A stretch of 62,724 bases of DNA, filler included, from Sphacelaria rigidula (taxonomy: Eukaryota): assembly GCA_964200075.2 (NCBI GenBank). It is 10 parts of 10 records of this genome, joined end to end, with 100 filler letters (N's around TTAATTAATTAA, not from the genome) between each part and the next. Parts side by side here need not be neighbours in the genome. Positions count along the whole stretch, not along the records: positions 56,544 to 62,724 come from CAXNAA020021687.1; 9 more parts are not named here. One strand, written 5' to 3'. Below are positions 59,551 to 62,724 of this stretch, piece by piece. Below the pieces are notes generated by a model. It was not told where the DNA came from. It saw only the letters and a list, made by a program, of their open reading frames with translations, and made no database searches. The position numbers and the translations under genes are program-made. Numbering within the stretch: position 1 is the first letter of the stretch; each line of letters begins with the position of its first letter.

Positions 59551-59879
59551 CAGTAGATCTGAGGATTTGTACGTGAACAATGGTTGGTACTCGATCTTAC
59601 TTGATTTCAGACTGAACAAAGTTCCGAGAAAATTCTTGGTCTGGGGCAGGTGAGCAGTGGTGAGCAGCAGACCCAGCTCGTCCAGAACGTGTTTTGTGTT
59701 TTGGTCCAAAATCGGCTGAAAGGCGTCGATTTGAGCTCTGGCAACGCTCTGCACCCCTTTGCTCGAGGGTTCTCGGTATGCCTTGGTCGGGGTTAGGGTT
59801 AGGGTTAGCGTCAGCGTTAGGATTGGCAGCATCTCCATAGTATCAACCACTGTTCACGTACAAATCCTCAGATCGCCTC
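59551..59879. mobile_element. TTAGGG-containing non-autonomous element, Zisupton-like (329 bp)
   Basis: Perfect TSD CTGAGAAC (59543-59550, 59880-59887). Ends CAGTAG...CGCCTC. 36-bp subterminal inverted repeats. Core shared with 46579-46956. Confidence 0.8.
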
Positions 59880-60228
59880 CTGAGAACGGCGACCGCACTT
59901 GACGCCAACACCACAACCACTGCTGGCGACACGCCCACCATCAAGAAGGCTGCTCCGGAGGTAGTCTGGGATTGTGAATACAGCTGCTTACTTAGTCATT
60001 CGGTGCGGTGCCGATATGTTGCCTGCAGTGGATGCGCTAGTGATGCATCTCACCGAACAGACAACAAAATCGCTATCCAAACCGCCCTGCGGCTCACACG
60101 GCTGCGCCATCATTTCAACGGTGCCGCGGCACCTTCGTGGCATACTTCTCTTTTCTATGCGCTCTGATTGGCTACGAACATTGCAATGCACAGAAGTGAC
60201 TTTTTTTATTGCCAGGAGTTGTTACTCA

Positions 60229-60756
60229 GGGCGTGTCTCCGCACGTTTTTTTTTTGATCGAAAAAAACGAGCGGTGGAATTGATTCAAGTGAAAAATTGA
60301 TGCATTGTCCATGAGCATGCACGCAACTCGGTTGCCCCCCGTACCGCACGCAGTTGTGACTACCATGAGGGAAGATGCGCAAGTTTTCGCCAACAAAAAT
60401 AAAAAAGCACTACCCAACTACTTTTGTGTATCTATCCCTGTGCTCAACTCGTGCTCTATGCTGCAGGGTTGCGGTGGTAGCTGAGAATGAGTTGGATGGA
60501 GTTTGCATGGTCGTCTGAACGGGTGTTATTAGGCATGGTGGTCTGTAAGATAAGAGTCAAGTGCCGCTTCGTGCCTTTGGACTGCATGTTTTCGATCGAA
60601 AAAAAAGTTTTTTAACTCGTTGCATTCTTCTCCGTGCGCCGCTAATTATAATTTTGAGTTGAAGCCTTCGAGGAACATAAAGGCGGTGGACATATCAGAT
60701 GGGGCAATTTTTTTCGATCGCACTTTTTCGATCGAAAAAAAAGTGCTGAGACGCCC
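60229..60756. mobile_element. PIF/Harbinger-type MITE (528 bp)
   Basis: GGGCGT...ACGCCC TIRs with TTTT(C)GATCGAAAA subterminal palindromes. 3-bp TSD TCA on both sides. Confidence 0.8.
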
Positions 60757-61052
60757 TCAATTCATGGCTTGAAACAAGTGGGCCCTATAGTTTAATCAAG
60801 TTGTGCGCACGCGAGGAGCACACGGGACTGTCAGGTCTACGAAATATCCGATTCTCGTCGCGTTGTACACACGGATTGATTGATTAATTGATTGTCGCAC
60901 TTTCACTGACCCTCCATTGCTCCAGCTGTGGTCTCATGATTGAAGTCCCAAGAAAAACGAAACTGAAACACGCTCTACGAATACTCGCATTCTCAAATCA
61001 AGTAATGTGTCAACCATGAACATTTGTAGCCCAACCCCGATTAATCTACTGG

Positions 61053-61251
61053 GGCCGTGTCTCATCAATTTGTTTTCGACTCCAAAACGTACGGTGGAAT
61101 CAAATTTGCTCGTACCTGATACGTCCACGGCATTCATGTTCTTGACCATCTGTGACCATCTGAGAAAATGAGCAGCGTGGACGAATCAGAAACGATCGAA
61201 TTCGATTCCACCGTACGTTTTCGGGTCGAAAACAATTTGATAGACACGGCC
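61053..61251. mobile_element. PIF/Harbinger MITE, inverted copy of 47291-47480
   Basis: GGCCGTGTC...GACACGGCC. Flanks TGG / TGA. Confidence 0.85.
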
Positions 61252-61869
61252 TGATTACTTCTAAAGGGAAGTGAATGCCACGCTCAGCAGCGACCCACCC
61301 TCTCACGCTTTATATCAAGCCCTCATAGTAGTGCGGGCCAATCCGCTCTTCTTCTCGAACCGTTCAATACTGAACAGTGGTACAATCTAGTACACACATG
61401 CGCTGGGGTTCAAGCAGACAGCACCGCAGGTTGCTGTGGAGGGGGGTGTGATTCAACGTTGTTTCATCGCACATTCATCATGTATGACACGTATACTGAC
61501 AGGGAATGTTTTTTGAAACACATCGCGGTCCATGGGACGTGTGATGAGTCACTGAAGAAATGCGGACACTTCATCACCATGATGTAGGCACGAGAACACT
61601 ACCCTCACCGTAGCAGCTATCCAAAAGTGTGCACACACGTACATACTGCGCAAAGCGCATCACCATTCGGCGCGTTCACAATCACACACGTCGGAAAGGA
61701 GGCGGGCAACTGTAAGCGGCGCAGTAGTGAGAACTACAGTCAGAGGAGTGATGCAGACAGGAGAAGCCACGCCTGTTGAGCAGTCTGCGGATACATTCGA
61801 GTTACAGGCAGGCAAGTCAAACGATGGAAGCACAGCCTTGACTCAGTTGAAATAGTCGACGGCGCGTAC

Positions 61870-62124
61870 CTGCTTCGTCCAGTTAAATAGTTCATCTTCC
61901 CTTTCCTCAGTGCTCGTAGCAACAGCATCAGATTCCGTAGCTGTTGAGTGAAGGGCCACAGGAGTAGATTTGCCGACAGCACGTCTGCCTCCAACTCCAG
62001 ATGCACGTGAGACATCATCATGTCCGGTGGGCGACGTTCTCGCCGCCGACGCAGGAGGCGCAGGGACGTAAAATCCTCTCGCCGCGGCGACCATGGCCAT
62101 AATTCCTGCAAAATGGTACCGCAT
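61870..62124 (-). CDS. First exon of a plastid-targeted Rieske oxygenase (PAO/Tic55/PTC52-like)
   Basis: accATG context. Signal peptide MRYHFAGIMAMVAAARG followed by F, then a Ser/Thr/Arg-rich transit peptide. Ends FNWTKQ at a CAG|GT donor, matching the F-x-W-x-x-x-W-Y-P start of PAO-family Rieske domains. 255 nt. Confidence 0.7.
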
Positions 62125-62724
62125 GGTGCGATACTTTCCTTTCTGGTCGAAGAGCAAGGTAGCGCATATCATGAAGAGTGCAGTGAAGGGAAAGTGTGGT
62201 TGACTCTCCTTGTCCTACCACTGTTGTTGGAAATGTTGAAATGTTGCACACCCTGCACCACTTTGCAACTTTGACGAACTAGAAATGAGCTCAGTTTGAA
62301 TTTTCAAACGGAGCGGATTTCGGGTTGCCGGCAGCCTAATCCGGATCGATCGAGCGGATTAAAAAAGTGGCGGTTATCCGAGTATCGGGATGTCCGGATA
62401 TCCAACTTGCAGACGGATTTCGAGGAAAACGAACGAAGGATACCCACCTGCACGTTGCGCTTATCTGAAAGGGGTAGTGGGGCCTTGGATCACGTATCAC
62501 GAGTCAGATGCACAAACCAAATGAAGAAAAACGATTGTCGTCGTTTTCCACGCATCGTGCCAGCGATGTGCAAGAATGAACGCCTTTTACATCGCAAAAG
62601 GGGAAACCAAGTCCGACCACGAAATCCAACTTTAAACTTTCGCAAGGCCACACGAGTCGGGGGGGAGGACCCAGGGCCAGGGTGCCCGGAACAAAACTGG
62701 ATGAAGTGCCTGAGGGACGATCTC

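Overview
This window is not one locus. It is ten unrelated eukaryotic contigs of 6181-6183 bp, sorted by length and joined by nine identical 100-bp linkers (N44-TTAATTAATTAA-N44), so nothing should be inferred across a linker. The organism is most likely a brown alga (Phaeophyceae). This is an inference from long GT-AG introns, a bipartite plastid-targeting presequence and TTAGGG repeats. Most of the DNA is decayed transposable elements: three Ty3/Gypsy remnants, one Ty1/Copia, a near full-length APE-RT LINE plus fragments, tRNA-derived SINEs, and many non-autonomous DNA transposons (hAT-, PIF/Harbinger-, piggyBac-, Tc1/mariner-like and foldback types). Host gene fragments are an F-box protein with a transmembrane segment (2 exons), a DUF1415-like gene (4 exons), exon 1 of a GCR1/cAMP-receptor-like GPCR, and exon 1 of a plastid-targeted PAO-like Rieske oxygenase. 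The most unusual signals are: (1) TTAGGG-bearing elements with asymmetric CAGTAG...RCCTC ends, subterminal inverted repeats and 8-bp TSDs (Zisupton-like); (2) a LINE and a short partner element that share a 3' end and terminate in oligo(C); (3) Gypsy integrases carrying an extra Tudor-like domain; (4) a foldback element whose arms are tandem 42-bp repeats. All family assignments come from motif recognition by eye, not database searches.
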